The notes under the pieces are model-generated. The model saw only the letters and a program-made list of their open reading frames with translations, was not told the DNA's origin and did not search any database. A program made the translations under genes and the position numbers. From Heteronotia binoei (Eukaryota), in NCBI RefSeq assembly GCF_032191835.1, contig NC_083233.1, positions 47,678,001 to 47,742,000 of the forward strand: a DNA stretch of 64,000 bases, written 5' to 3'. Every line of letters starts with the position of its first letter. The first letter of the stretch is position 1. Below are positions 25,988-36,935 of the stretch, in pieces.

Positions 25988-26229
25988 TCTGGGGGTGGGA
26001 GAGGGCGTGCGCGGGTGCCTGGAAGCCATGGCGACTTCTGGAAACCCCTACTGAGGCGAGGCATGGAGGACGTTCAGAGAGGAGGCTTGGATATTGCCTG
26101 CCTCTGTCTCCCGGCTGCTAATATTCCATCCAAGGAGATCTCCCCCTTTCCAAGTACTTGCCAGGATGGGCCCTGCTTAACTTCCGAGATCTGAGGAGAT
26201 CGGACTTGCCTAGCCTATCCAGGTCAGGA
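25988..26229 (-). mobile_element. 5S-rRNA-derived SINE (SINE3)
   Basis: On -: GATCTC-TCAGATCTCGGAAGTTAAGCAGGG...AAGTACTTGGA (5S internal promoter region) followed by a non-5S body. Confidence 0.7.
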
Positions 26230-26559
26230 CGCGAATTCCCCGTTTTGATCACGTTCTTTTGCCAGATACAGCTAAGCATTTAATCACAAAGAAAGTCATA
26301 AATCACCTCGAAGTGCTTGAATTCCAAGGAGAAACACTCAAGCCTGAAAAACGTCCTTCCACCCAGCGCCTCCCTGCTGTCAACCCGGAGGTTTGGCAAA
26401 GAACCACCCTCTGCACATTCTCATGAACCCTTTCTCTTTGCTGTTAAGGTGTCGGGTTAAGCACTGAGTCTTGAAGGTTTATGGATTTATCAAATGCGTT
26501 TTTACCCGGCTATGGCAAATGAATGCATAGGCCCGAGTGCAATAGATGCCCCCACCACC

Positions 26560-26800
26560 CCTTCCCGGCCGCCAAACAGCCCTTCAGTGGCTTCGATTTT
26601 TTCCTCTTCCTCCGATGCGCGTCGCTGTGTGACAGTTCCAGGACAAGCCCCTCCCACCGCGTTCGGCGATTGGCGGAGCTGGCCGCAGAAGGGGGCGCGG
26701 CTTTAAGAACAAAACTTACCGCGCGGCCCGCTTCTCCTTTAGACTCTGGAATCTCTTGTTTCTGAAGGCCGGAGGTGTGCTTGACCCTTCGCATCGCAGG
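26560..26800 (+). promoter_or_regulatory. CpG-island promoter and 5' UTR of the RGCC-like gene
   Basis: CpG-rich; inverted CCAAT (ATTGG ~26669), GC-box-like GGGGGCGCGG (~26691) and TATA-like TTTAAG (~26702), followed ~100 nt later by an ATG and a splice donor. Confidence 0.65.
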
Positions 26801-26828
26801 ATGGACGGCCAAGCAGCGAGCAGTGCAG
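26801..26828 (+). CDS. RGCC-like exon 1 (MDGQAASSA)
   Basis: aggATGG start, donor CAG|GTCAGT, phase compatible with exon 2. Confidence 0.7.
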
Positions 26829-29800
26829 GTCAGTTGTGCGCGCGGTTCGGGAAGTGGGATGGTTCTTTTGGGGGGAACGCTGATCCACTCCGCTGGGTGG
26901 GTTGGGGTGCATAAGTGGTGATGTGCAGTCTGCAGGGCCATGCGCTGGTAAATATGTGCGGGTTGGATTCAGTAGAACCCTGTTGGGTCTTTCCCAAGCC
27001 TAGCTCTTCCCTAAAGACCAGGAATGTTGTGGCCCCCTGAAAGATCCACAAGTCTTCCTCTTACCATAAACCCGGAGGATTTAGAAGCCACAACATTCCA
27101 GTCTGGTTTTGTCGCAACGGCCCTGGGGGGCTGCTCCTCGGGAGCCATTCTCTCTAGACTTTGGGTTTTGGGGAGAGAAGGGAGGCGAAGAACAGGCGGG
27201 CGCCCTGCATGTACAATTCGACTAATGTAGGTAAATCAGTGTCGCAAGCAATGTTCCCTCCAAGCTTCAGAGTCCTGTGAGCAAAAGTTCTACTTTGTGA
27301 GCTGCTGGCATTAAAGTTGTGAGCTACTGCATAAATTATTGTACTCTGTGGTCATCCTTCCTGAGCGAAGACAAAAATGTGCGAGCTGGAGGCTAAAAAT
27401 CTTTGAACTAGCTCACACTAACTCAGCTTAGAGGGAAACTGGTCACAAGAGGGAAGTGGAGGGACTCCCCCCAGCTTCCTCTTGTGACATTGCTTTACCT
27501 ACATTAGTAGGTAATGTCCCCGGGGGAGGAAACTGTGGCAGCAGCCCCGGGTACGGGACGCCACCACAGCCCCTGACTGCAGCAGGTAGCCGCTTTCCTC
27601 GTCTCCAGCGGACCTTCCGCCGCGTCTCCCGTCGAGTTGTTTCTGGTGCCCGAGAACGGAGCACTGCTGTCTTGGCTGCGGCCCATCGCTCTGGAAAATC
27701 CATCCCCCCCCCCCCCCGAAGGGAAGAGCCGCTCCCTGGCCACAGAAACAGCAGCACCTCCGAGGGGCCACCCTCCACCAAACTAGGAGGCGGCGACCAA
27801 GGACTGGCGTCCGAGCGAGATCTGCTCCTGGGCCCTTGCTCGCTGGCGTTAAGTGTGGGGGACATAATTCCCTTCCCCGCCCACCCCTCGGAAGAGACCC
27901 TGAACCAACGTGCCTGGGCTCTCTGGCGGCGACAGAAGCGCGTTGACTGCTTCAGACGGGGCTCCCGGTGCCATCGCTTGTGTGAAAAGGCACACGAGAA
28001 TCTCTCTGGCTTCCAAGCTTGTGGGGACGGCTTACTTTATCGGCAGGGTCTACTACTGTGTGGTAGGGAGGGGGACGAAGAAGCCCTCCTTCTGCCTTGG
28101 GAAAGGAGAGCCGGATCTGTCCCAGCCGTTCAGGGGGAGCCGGGGTGTCCTGAAGCCCTGCATGTGGTGCCAGCGTTTAGACGCGCTCGCACACAGACGT
28201 GTTAATGCCCCCCTCCCTCCCTCCCTGGGAAGTGAGCGCGGAAAGCCCCTCTGGTCTGGGGCCGCGTCCTCTGGGCGTTGCGCAGACAATGAAGCCGGAG
28301 GGAGGAGGAAAGAGACAGCAGTCGAGGCGGTTCCTCGAAGGTGCAGTCCTGGACGCCGCGGGACTCCGGCCGCGAGGAATCCCTTCCTCTGTCTGGCACT
28401 TGGGGCCCGGGGCTAACCGCTCTTCTCGTCAGCCTGGCCCGCAGGCCCTCGGGGAGTGGAAGGAGCTCCTTGGCGCGATCAAAAAGAGCTTCGATGGAGG
28501 GGAAGGGGTAGAACACAAATCCTGGGCCTATCTGCTGCACTTTTGCAGAAGGAGCCCCCTACCAACCTGGCCTGTATTTCGTGAGAGACTCTATAAAACC
28601 CGAAAAGTGGGCTCTGTAAGGAGTCGCCATCAACTTTATGAGGCTGAAGCCTCTTCCCCTGTTCTGCCATCCACTTGTTCTAGGTCAATGGTCTGGAAGC
28701 CAACATGGTTCCTGAGGCCGCTGCTTTCTGGTGTCTGCTTGTGACTTTCCAAAAGCACCACTAGTGGATACAGTCTTAACCATAATTGGCTTTTCCCCCT
28801 TTCACAGGAGTGGGAGAAGCCCAGAAGGGAGGTCTGCAAGGAGCACCCATTTGGTGGAGCTTGGTTTGGAACCTCTGAACATGTTGTGATTGGGCCCAGC
28901 CCGCATGGCAGCCATTTTGTTGTGGCAGCCTCTATCTCTCCACAATATTCCAAAGTGCCTGCAGGTTCAACCAGGTTGGGGAGCCCTGTTCTCCGTGTTT
29001 AGTCAGGCAACTTACTTTTCCTGGGTCAGACTTTACTGACCTCTGGAGTCTAAAGTGAGTTGGTCACCTGGGTTGCATTGCCAGCAGGGTGGGCTCCTTG
29101 GACTTGTACAGATCAGCAGAGCACATACCCTTCAGGAGACACCAAGACCAATTTCGCACTAGACCTTTTATCCTGGTTTAGCCCTGTTTCCAAGCTGACA
29201 TTCTAAATTAAAATTATAGAATCATAGAGTTGGTTTCTATTATTCTAGTGTAGAATGTCAGTTTGGGGACAGGGCTAAACCAGGATTAAAGGTCTAGTGC
29301 GAAATCAGTCCAAGACTTCACCCTGGATTTTGCTCTCAGATTTAGAGAGACTGTGGTATAATAACGTATGTCTGTAGAATATCCTTGCACAGAGGAAATC
29401 TTGCACCTTTCATTCTTGTCTTGACTTTGATGCTTAGAAGTCACAGCACAGTATGGGAACTCCAAAGAGAATATGTGGTCCAATTGACAGCTTAGCTCAG
29501 GGTTATGTTTCCAAGAGTGGCCAATGAGATGCCTGTGAGAAGCATGCAAGTTGGGCAGCAGCTGCCAGTGTGGTGGACCTGTCTGTGAACGTGTTGCAGT
29601 AAAAGAAACCCCCAAAGAAGTTTTGTGACTCTTCCTAGAACTAACACTTAAAGAGGCGGAAGTGAGTTGGGCTGACTTTGTATCCTGCATTTATGGGTGC
29701 ATCAAGTGTGCATCTTGCTTAGAAGACTTATGTTTTTGTTTTTAGTATCTTTTGTATTTCTTTGTGTGCATGTGAGTGTTTGTGTGCACCTGGAAGTCAT

Positions 29801-32800
29801 AGTGACCTCTGACTTCTACTGGAGGCATGGACGATATTCAGACAGGTAGCTGAATAAGGCCTGCTCCTACTTCCCACCTCTGGTATTCCAAAGCGGTCTC
29901 CCATCCAAGTATTTGCCAAAGTCAACCCTGCTTAGCTTCTGAGATCTGATGAGATCAGGCTTGCATGGGCTATGCAGGTCAGGACCTCTAAAAGACTATG
30001 TTAGGCACCACAAGGCTCCTTTTTATGTTGGGGATGTGCATGCAGCTGCTTCCACAGGTCACTTCTGAAGCATTTGAGTGCCCGTGTAAAGAAGGTGGTA
30101 TATGGAGGGCCTCTCACCCTCCGACGTTGCCCCTGCTCTAAATGATTTCAAAGTCACTGTTGCAAAGGTGGGTGGTATTGATGCTTGTTGCCCAGTTATG
30201 TAGGCATGTTCGGTCAAGGACCAATTTTTTATTTATTAAAATATTTATATCCTACCTTTGCTTTTATCACAAGGTGGTTTACAAATTGCAAATGAAAAAC
30301 TTGCCGAATAAAATAAAATCTGAAATAACTCCCACTTCGACTACATTACAAGCCTTGCGATTCAGTGCCCATGTGTTCAGCCCATGTGTTTGCCCATCTG
30401 CAGTGCTGCCCACCAGCTATCTGGATGACTTCCTACTGGAGTTTGACCAGGTGGTTCAGGACTTTGACAAGGGGGAGGCTTCTCAGTATGAGCAGCATCT
30501 GGAGGAGCTGAAGAGGAGAACCCTGCCCAGCCTGTATGACAGCGGCATCGATGACTCAGACAGTGAGTGTGACCAAAGCCGGTTCTGCGGGTGGGTGGCT
30601 GGGAAAAGACGGGCTGTTTCTTGCCTTCTGCTCACCACCCTTTGGCTTTGTGGGGGTGTCCTTGGCTAGTTTGAAGGTCCCTAAACAAATCTGCAATTAT
30701 GGTCAGGACTGTTTCCACTGGCTTGTGCCAATCCTTGAGATCACTGCTGAGGCTGAAGAGCAGAGGCTGCCTAAGGCGTGTCACTGCGGGTATGAATTCA
30801 GTTGCTGCCACCTTGTTACCCGTGGGAGCACATGAATATTTTGGGATATTATTGCCAACATCTGTCATTTCTTTATTTCTAACTGGGCTCTTCTTCCTCA
30901 CCTCACCCCTTCCCTCTAGAAGCCTCTTCTCTGCCTTCTATCTAACCCCAACAGCAAGCTTGGCAAGCAGATAGGGTTTAATTCCTGGTTTGGGTACAGC
31001 TCCTTGCATGCTGTTGGCGCTCACTTATGGCAACCACAAGCCATAGTGGTTGTGTTTGCCTGCATGGTGGCAGCAGGTGGGTGAGGGGACTGCAGTTCAC
31101 TAACTGTGTTTTAGGATTGATGGCTCATGCACAGCACGAAAACCAGGTGCTACTGCAACTTCATCTATTGGCATCTTCCTACAGGCAACAGCACAACTCC
31201 TGGCAGCAGCTTGAACACCAGTGAGGAAGATCTCAACATTCCTGCAACCACGACCTGTTCCACCGGTAAGGCCAAGGGGCCAGGTTGTGCTGAGAAGGGC
31301 AGGGCTACAAGCCAGATTAAAAGTGCAGTTTCCAAAGATTTTAGGAGCGGCTCTGTACCAGAACTGGCCTGAATTTTGGTGGGTCTGACTGTGCCTTGGG
31401 CACAGCTACGACACCAGTGCTTTCATTATGGGCAGTTATGCAGCTAGGTCTGTCACAGAACTGTTTCTGTGCTGTTAGTCTCTGAACCCATTTCCTTGCT
31501 GCTTTAGTCAGACCAAAGACAAAGAAGAGGTTTTTTTTATCAAAGATCTAAGTTATAGCACCATAATTAATTTTAATACAATTTGTAAATGGATTTATGT
31601 CGATTTTATAATTATAAGTGTAAGTGCTATGTATGATTTTATTGTTTTGTATTCATATGTTGTGAGCTGCCCTGAGCCTGCCCTTGCGGGGAGGGCGGGA
31701 TACAAATAAAAAGTATTATTATTATTATTACATCCTTTTTCTGCCTCAAAAAAAGGGGGCCAGTTTGATGTAGTGGTTAAGTGCGTGGACTCTTATCTGG
31801 GAGAACCGGGTTTGATTCCACACTCCTCCACTTACGCCTGCTAGCATAGCCTTGGGTCAGCCATAGCTCTGGCAGAGGTTGTCCTTGAAAGAGCAACTGC
31901 TGTGAGAGCCCTCTCAGCCCCACCCACCTCACAGGGTGTCTGTTGTGGGAGGAGAAGATATAGGAGATTGTAAGCCGCTCTGAGTCTCTGATTCAAAGAG
32001 AAGGGTGGGGTATAAATCTGCAATTCTTCTTCTTTTTCTTTTTCAAATATGTATAGCTACTAAGATTAAATATGCAGGGGGATTCTCCCCCTCCATCCTT
32101 AACACTGCATTTTAGATTTGAAATTTTGCAAGCTCATGGTCTTAGTTTCATATTGGTAGAGGGGAAGGAATGCGAAAAGCTGACTACTCTGTCTTCCTTT
32201 GTGTCCTAGCCAAACTCGGAGACACCCGAGAGCTGGAAGACTTCATCGCAGACCTAGACAGAGTACTGGAAGGTACATATGAAGCAGTTACCATAGCAAA
32301 GCCTGTTGCTTGCCACTCTGCTGCATTGAAAATCCCTCATCTTGTTGAGCTGGGCTTGCTCCTTGTTGTTTGTTTAAATTACTCAGCGCAGAACCGAGTA
32401 GTGCAGAATTATTGTGGCTGAAGGGCTATTTTGTTGGTTTAATGCTATCTTGAAAGAATGCTTTTTAAAATATCATCTGGCAGGTTTTGAGGACCTTTGC
32501 ATAAAACCTGACAAACCTGGTTAAACTTTGCATTTCAGTTATGAAATGCCACCTGCATTAAAAGGAACTCTCTTGTCCCTCATGGTCTGCCATTTGCCCT
32601 ATTTTGCCTTCTGCTATGAATTTTGGCATTTGAGTGAGCAATTGTGACTCCTGGCATTTTGTGAGAACCTGTGGGAAGACACAGAGATGCCATGATATGC
32701 AAGCTTTCCTCATGAAATAAAGACAAAATGTTTGATATGATTTGGAAGGCTGCTGTAGGTGCCAAAGTCCTGCAAGGCGGGCATGTCAATTAAAGGAGAG

Positions 32801-32868
32801 AGAGATATCACACTTGTTCTGTTATGTGTGTGTAACTTTGTTGTTGTTGTTGTTCTGCAGAGATGTGA
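26801..32868 (+). CDS. Regulator of cell cycle RGCC-like (RGC-32 family paralog), 5 coding exons, 112 aa
   Basis: Exons 26801-26828, 30404-30562, 31185-31265, 32210-32272 and 32861-32868 are all phase 1 and GT-AG, totalling 339 nt. Motifs LLEFDQVVQDF, YEQHLEELKRR and AKLGDTRELEDFIADLDRVLEEM match RGCC ([45 protein letters not shown]), but the rest is divergent. Confidence 0.9.
27249..27441. mobile_element. hAT MITE (CAGTGTTCCCTCTAAGCTG TIR family)
   Basis: TIRs; 8-bp TSD GTCGCAAG/GTCACAAG; inverted homolog at 46019-46215. Confidence 0.8.
29146..29310. repeat. Short foldback/hairpin MITE (55-bp arms)
   Basis: 29151-29205 is the reverse complement of 29251-29305 with 4 mismatches. Confidence 0.85.
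29770..29985 (-). mobile_element. 5S-rRNA-derived SINE (SINE3)
   Basis: 5S-like head plus the body shared with the 25988 and 34245 copies. Confidence 0.72.
30404..30562 (+). CDS. RGCC-like exon 2
   Basis: Acceptor ccatctgcag, donor CA|GTGAGT; encodes LDDFLLEFDQVVQDF...YDSGIDDSD. Confidence 0.93.
31185..31265 (+). CDS. RGCC-like exon 3
   Basis: Acceptor cttcctacag, donor CCG|GTAAGG; encodes SSLNTSEEDL. Confidence 0.88.
31560..31730 (+). mobile_element. L2 3' tail
   Basis: GTGAGCTGCCCTGAGCCTG...GGGCGGGATACAAATAAA followed by (TAT)n. Confidence 0.65.
31757..32040 (+). mobile_element. tRNA-derived SINE (Squam3-like)
   Basis: Full-length copy of the 2759 family. Confidence 0.8.
32210..32272 (+). 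CDS. RGCC-like exon 4
   Basis: Acceptor tgtgtcctag, donor AAG|GTACAT; encodes KLGDTRELEDFIADLDRVLE. Confidence 0.95.
32861..32868 (+). CDS. RGCC-like terminal exon (coding part: EM, stop)
   Basis: Acceptor tgttctgcag then AG ATG TGA; mirrors the terminal Met of RGCC. Confidence 0.8.
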
Positions 32869-33762
32869 ATGGCCACGTCCCCTGTTCCTGGCTGATATAT
32901 TTACCTGTTGCACCTTTATCCAGTGTGGGCAGAACAAAGAGAACTGTCCTGCTCTAGTACCAGACTTCCAGCCCTAAAGAACCACTGAAGTTCACCTTGT
33001 CAATCTTCTGGTGCCTCTTCCCGCAACCAATCCTACGTGCAACTTCTCTTCTAGAGAAAAGGAACTGGAAGTCAGTTTTGTGACCAGGATGGTGTGGCAT
33101 TTTGACTGCTTGATCATAAGCAAAAACTCGGTCTCCAAACCCAGCAGTGAAAGCAGGAAGATGAAGGAACTTACCATTCAATCAGCTTTTTAAGGGTGTA
33201 TTTTTAGATGTGCATAATTTTAAAAAATGAACTGGCACATGACAATGAACAACAGTCCGTTTCCAGTGTGCTTGGGGGGGGGGGGTGAGTTCCAAAGCCA
33301 AAGAAGGCAGGAAGGGGAAGACAAGTGCCAACTTTCTTCAGAAAGGGGCTTCATGGCATCCTTAACCAGACTGTTCTTAAATTGTCTCAGCAAGCATGGG
33401 AATTGGTAGCCCTGTCCTCAAGTTCATTCGTTCAGTCCACCACCCCAACTTCCAAAAACAATTAAAGTCAGGTGAGTTCCAAAGCACACATGAAACTCTT
33501 CTTTGCTGGGGCTTCTTCATTCTTCTCAATAGAGGGTGTTGGTTTTCTGTGCCAGGAGGAATCAGACATGGATGTATTGGGTCCCTTTGTTGAAAAGAAG
33601 AAGAAAGAAGGCAGAAGCAACATATGCCTCTCGATGCTCCCATGTTGGTTTATTGCTGATGGGGGCAGAGGCTTCTTTTTCTGCAGCGATATTCTACTGT
33701 AAATATTGTAAGCTATCAAAATTATCTCTCTCCAGTCTTATGTTTGCATTTGAAGTTATTTA

Positions 33763-33768
33763 AATAAA
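33763..33768 (+). terminator. Probable polyadenylation signal of the RGCC-like gene
   Basis: AATAAA ~0.9 kb after the stop codon in an AT-rich 3' UTR. Confidence 0.55.
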
Positions 33769-34244
33769 CAGAGCTCTTATGGACTTGTTCTGCCTCGCTG
33801 CTAAGGGCCAAACTTTGGCTTTTAAAAGTGGGTCGAACTGCGTGTTATGCTTAGCATGTGGCCCCATCATGGATTTGCAGCAGGAGGCCAGCTGGACATT
33901 CTCTGTGGCAACTCAAATGAGAAACACCACAGCAGCATGATTCGAGTCAGCACCGGAGAGTGAGTGTGAGGAGAAGAGAGGCTTCTGTCCTCTACACTGG
34001 GCCATTTTCCTGGCTCTGGGAGCTCTTATTGGTGTGCAGGGCCCATTTGATGTTGGGAAAATGGCATGTAAGGGATGACTGGAATCCTTCCTTCCCCACA
34101 CCATGTCCCTGATCCAAACTGGGCCTCTGCAGCACTTCTAAATTGAGCCAGGCAAAAATTGCATCACTCTGGTGATCACATAATTTGGGCCACAAAGAAT
34201 TTCCATGGGTGTCATTCTTGTTCCTTTTGGGATTTTTTTGTATT

Positions 34245-34440
34245 TGTGTGTGTGTGCGTGTCATGGTGCCTGATCCCTACTGGGGTCCTGGAGAATATTC
34301 AGAGAGGTGGCTGAATAAATCCTGCCCCCACCTCCCAGCTGCTGGTATTCCAAGGAGGTCTCCCATCCAAGTACTTGCCAGAGTTGGCTGTGCTTATCTT
34401 CCGAGATATGACAAGATCGGGCTTGCCTGGGCAGGGCATG
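34245..34440 (-). mobile_element. 5S-rRNA-derived SINE (SINE3)
   Basis: CCCGATCTTGTCATATCTCGGAAGATAAGC...TACTTGGATGGGAGACC on -. Confidence 0.72.
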
Positions 34441-36525
34441 GGTGTCATTCTGTGCTCTGTAGGGAATGATGAGGATCTCTTCCAGACCTGCCTACAGCCA
34501 GTGATTGGATCAGTGACTTATTAACTCCTTGAAGCCTTTTGTGGATGTACTAGCAGAGCAACTCTTAAGGAGCGATATGATTTTGTTTATAATATACTAT
34601 TCACTTTGCTGCAAAAGTTCAAAACAGCATAGGGTCAAGTAACAAATGAAGAACATCAATAAAAATAGACATGACAAAAACAATGGGGAGGGCACAGGGA
34701 AGGCCTATACTTAAAAATAAATAAACCAGCTTAAATGTTGCCAAAGAGGCTTCCTGGAAGGCCAGTTTTAAAGTAGGGACTCCAGCCACCCACTCCCTAA
34801 TTTCAGGCCAAGAAGGAACCCAGTGCAGAAGGGCTGAAGTGAAGAGTCTCCACTCAAGTTGTGTCTTCCCGCAGCCAGTGTTGACACATTGTCCCTTCTC
34901 CCTCATGTTCCATAGATAGCTGATGTGACCCTGGTTCTTAGTTGGCAGTGCCCAGAAGTGAATGGTGTCCTTCCAAACAGCCACTTGGTGCATAAACCAC
35001 AAGCAGGCTTTCCCTCTCTGTTACCAAAGGTCCCATTTTTGCTTTGAAGACAACAGTGGCAGGTACAAGGATATCTAAGATTTCTTTAGTTCTGACTAAC
35101 AAAATGCTTTGGATATGAGAAGGAGGGACATTTTGCCACATGGTGATATTTTGAAAGGGGAATTTGAAAAGGAGTTTGTATGGGAGAGATACTGGATTGC
35201 CCTAAAGTCCAACCTCCAAAACTCATTTTCTCCAGAAGAACTAATCTCTGTGTCAGTTGTAATTCCACAACAGCTATGGGCCCTGCCTGGAAGTTGTGTT
35301 CACAACATCAGGGACACAGCAAGGCTGGAGAGAGAAAGGTGCAGGTATGAGCACGGTAGCGAAGGTCCAAATGAACCAGCAGACTGAGCAGTGCTCAAAG
35401 AAGCCCCAGGAGCCTACTACCCCTACACAGAAGAGGAGCAGCAGGCTTGACATATACAGCAGCAGGGAAGAAACTCCAGGGATAAAGAGCCAACAGTGTA
35501 GTATCTACTTAAATGTTATTTGTGTAGAAATTAATACCCTGCTTTTCTCCCTGATGGGAAGCAAAGAACATTGTTCTCGCTACCTCCTTTGTATCTTCAC
35601 AACAACCCTGTGAGGTGGGTTAGGATGAGAGAGAAAGAGTGACTTGCCCAAGACTATCCTGTCAGCATTGAGGTTCAGTGCGGAGTTGACCCTGGATCTC
35701 CGACATCCTAGGCCAACACTGACTGCTGCACCCTGTGGGCTGGAAGGGCACATGGCAGTGGAGAAGAGGCGCAGATGAAGTCTGAAATCTGGAGAAGTGG
35801 CATTTCTTAAAAACTGGTCTGGGAAGGGCCTTTCCCTTCTGGGCTTAGAAGCCTGCCTGTTCAGCAGAGCCTGTGAGGTTAGCCACTTCCTCCCTCCGCC
35901 GCCATGGATGCTGTCAGGCTTTCCACAAAGCATCTGCTACCCACGTGAAGTGCAACGTGAGCAGAGCCATTGCCAAGCAACCGCCAAGGTTATAAATACT
36001 CTGAAACCCCAAACCTGGCAAGGGCTAGGCCTCCCTCTGATCGTTGCTCACAGCAGAGAAAGATGGGGGGAGTGCTCACAGGGAGGGAAGGGGGCTGCTT
36101 TGGCCTGCAGGAGGTTGATTGCAAGGAGACAATGAAGGTGTCTGTACATGGAACCCATTGGGCAGTCAAAAATCCTTGAGGACATCTTTGGATTAGATCA
36201 CCTTCCTGTACTCAGCCTGCACTGTGTTCTTCCCCTTCCAGAGTGGAAACAAAGGAGCGGACGGAGCCTGGGCAGCCTGCACACTTCTTCCCTTAATCCT
36301 TATGGCAATCCTTTGAGGCAGCTGAGGCTGAGAGAGGGCTCCCCAGTCACGCCATGAACTTTATGCAGAGGGTGGATTTGAACCTGGCTCTCCTGTTCCC
36401 AAACCAAAACTCTAATCATTACACTATGCTGGGGCTTCTGCCAGCCACCCATTCTTAAGAGCAGATCAGCAAGAGATCTTCCATGGCACCACCCTTCAGG
36501 TGGTGTTATTGAGAGGGGATGCCAA

Positions 36526-36700
36526 CATATGAAGCTGCCTTATGCTGAATTAGACTATGGAGCCATCAAGGCTAGTATTTTTTACTCAGACTGGCAATGA
36601 CTCTTTGGGGTTCAGCTAGCCACTTGATTTTCATAGCTGGGGGTTGAACTTGGGACCTTCTGCATGCCAAGCAAATGCTGCACTTCTGAGCCATAGTCCC
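36526..36700 (-). mobile_element. tRNA-headed SINE with CR1-like tail
   Basis: Same family as 7497-7650. Confidence 0.6.
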
Positions 36701-36774
36701 TCTTAAAGACAGGGGGGCTTGCGGATCTACATAGATGACTTTATTGAAGGAGGAGGCAAAGGAGGTGGAAAGAA

Positions 36775-36935
36775 CAGGGCCATCTCTGCCATTAGGCAAG
36801 CTAGGCAATTGCCCAGGGCACCAGTCTTCTGGGGGTGCTGAATTGGGTGCCCCCCCATAACTCGATGACATCTGTGCAAGGGGGCACCAGAAGTTAGCCT
36901 TGTCTAGGGTGCCAGAAAGTCTAGGGCTGGCCCTG
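36775..36935. mobile_element. MITE with CAGGGCC/GGCCCTG termini
   Basis: TIRs flanked on both sides by AGAA; related remnant at ~11080-11277. Confidence 0.55.

Noticed and set aside
27456-28205. 249-aa + ORF, with overlapping 168-aa and 181-aa ORFs to 28744
   Set aside because: GC-rich CpG-island DNA open in several frames on both strands, with low-complexity R/P/G/S content and no recognisable domain.
29880-29985. 5S rRNA-like sequences (also 26130-26229 and 34340-34440)
   Set aside because: Partial, diverged and fused to a SINE body; not rRNA genes.
30142-30669. 175-aa ORF spanning RGCC-like exon 2
   Set aside because: Only 30404-30562 is RGCC-like and splice-bounded; the flanks are intron read-through.
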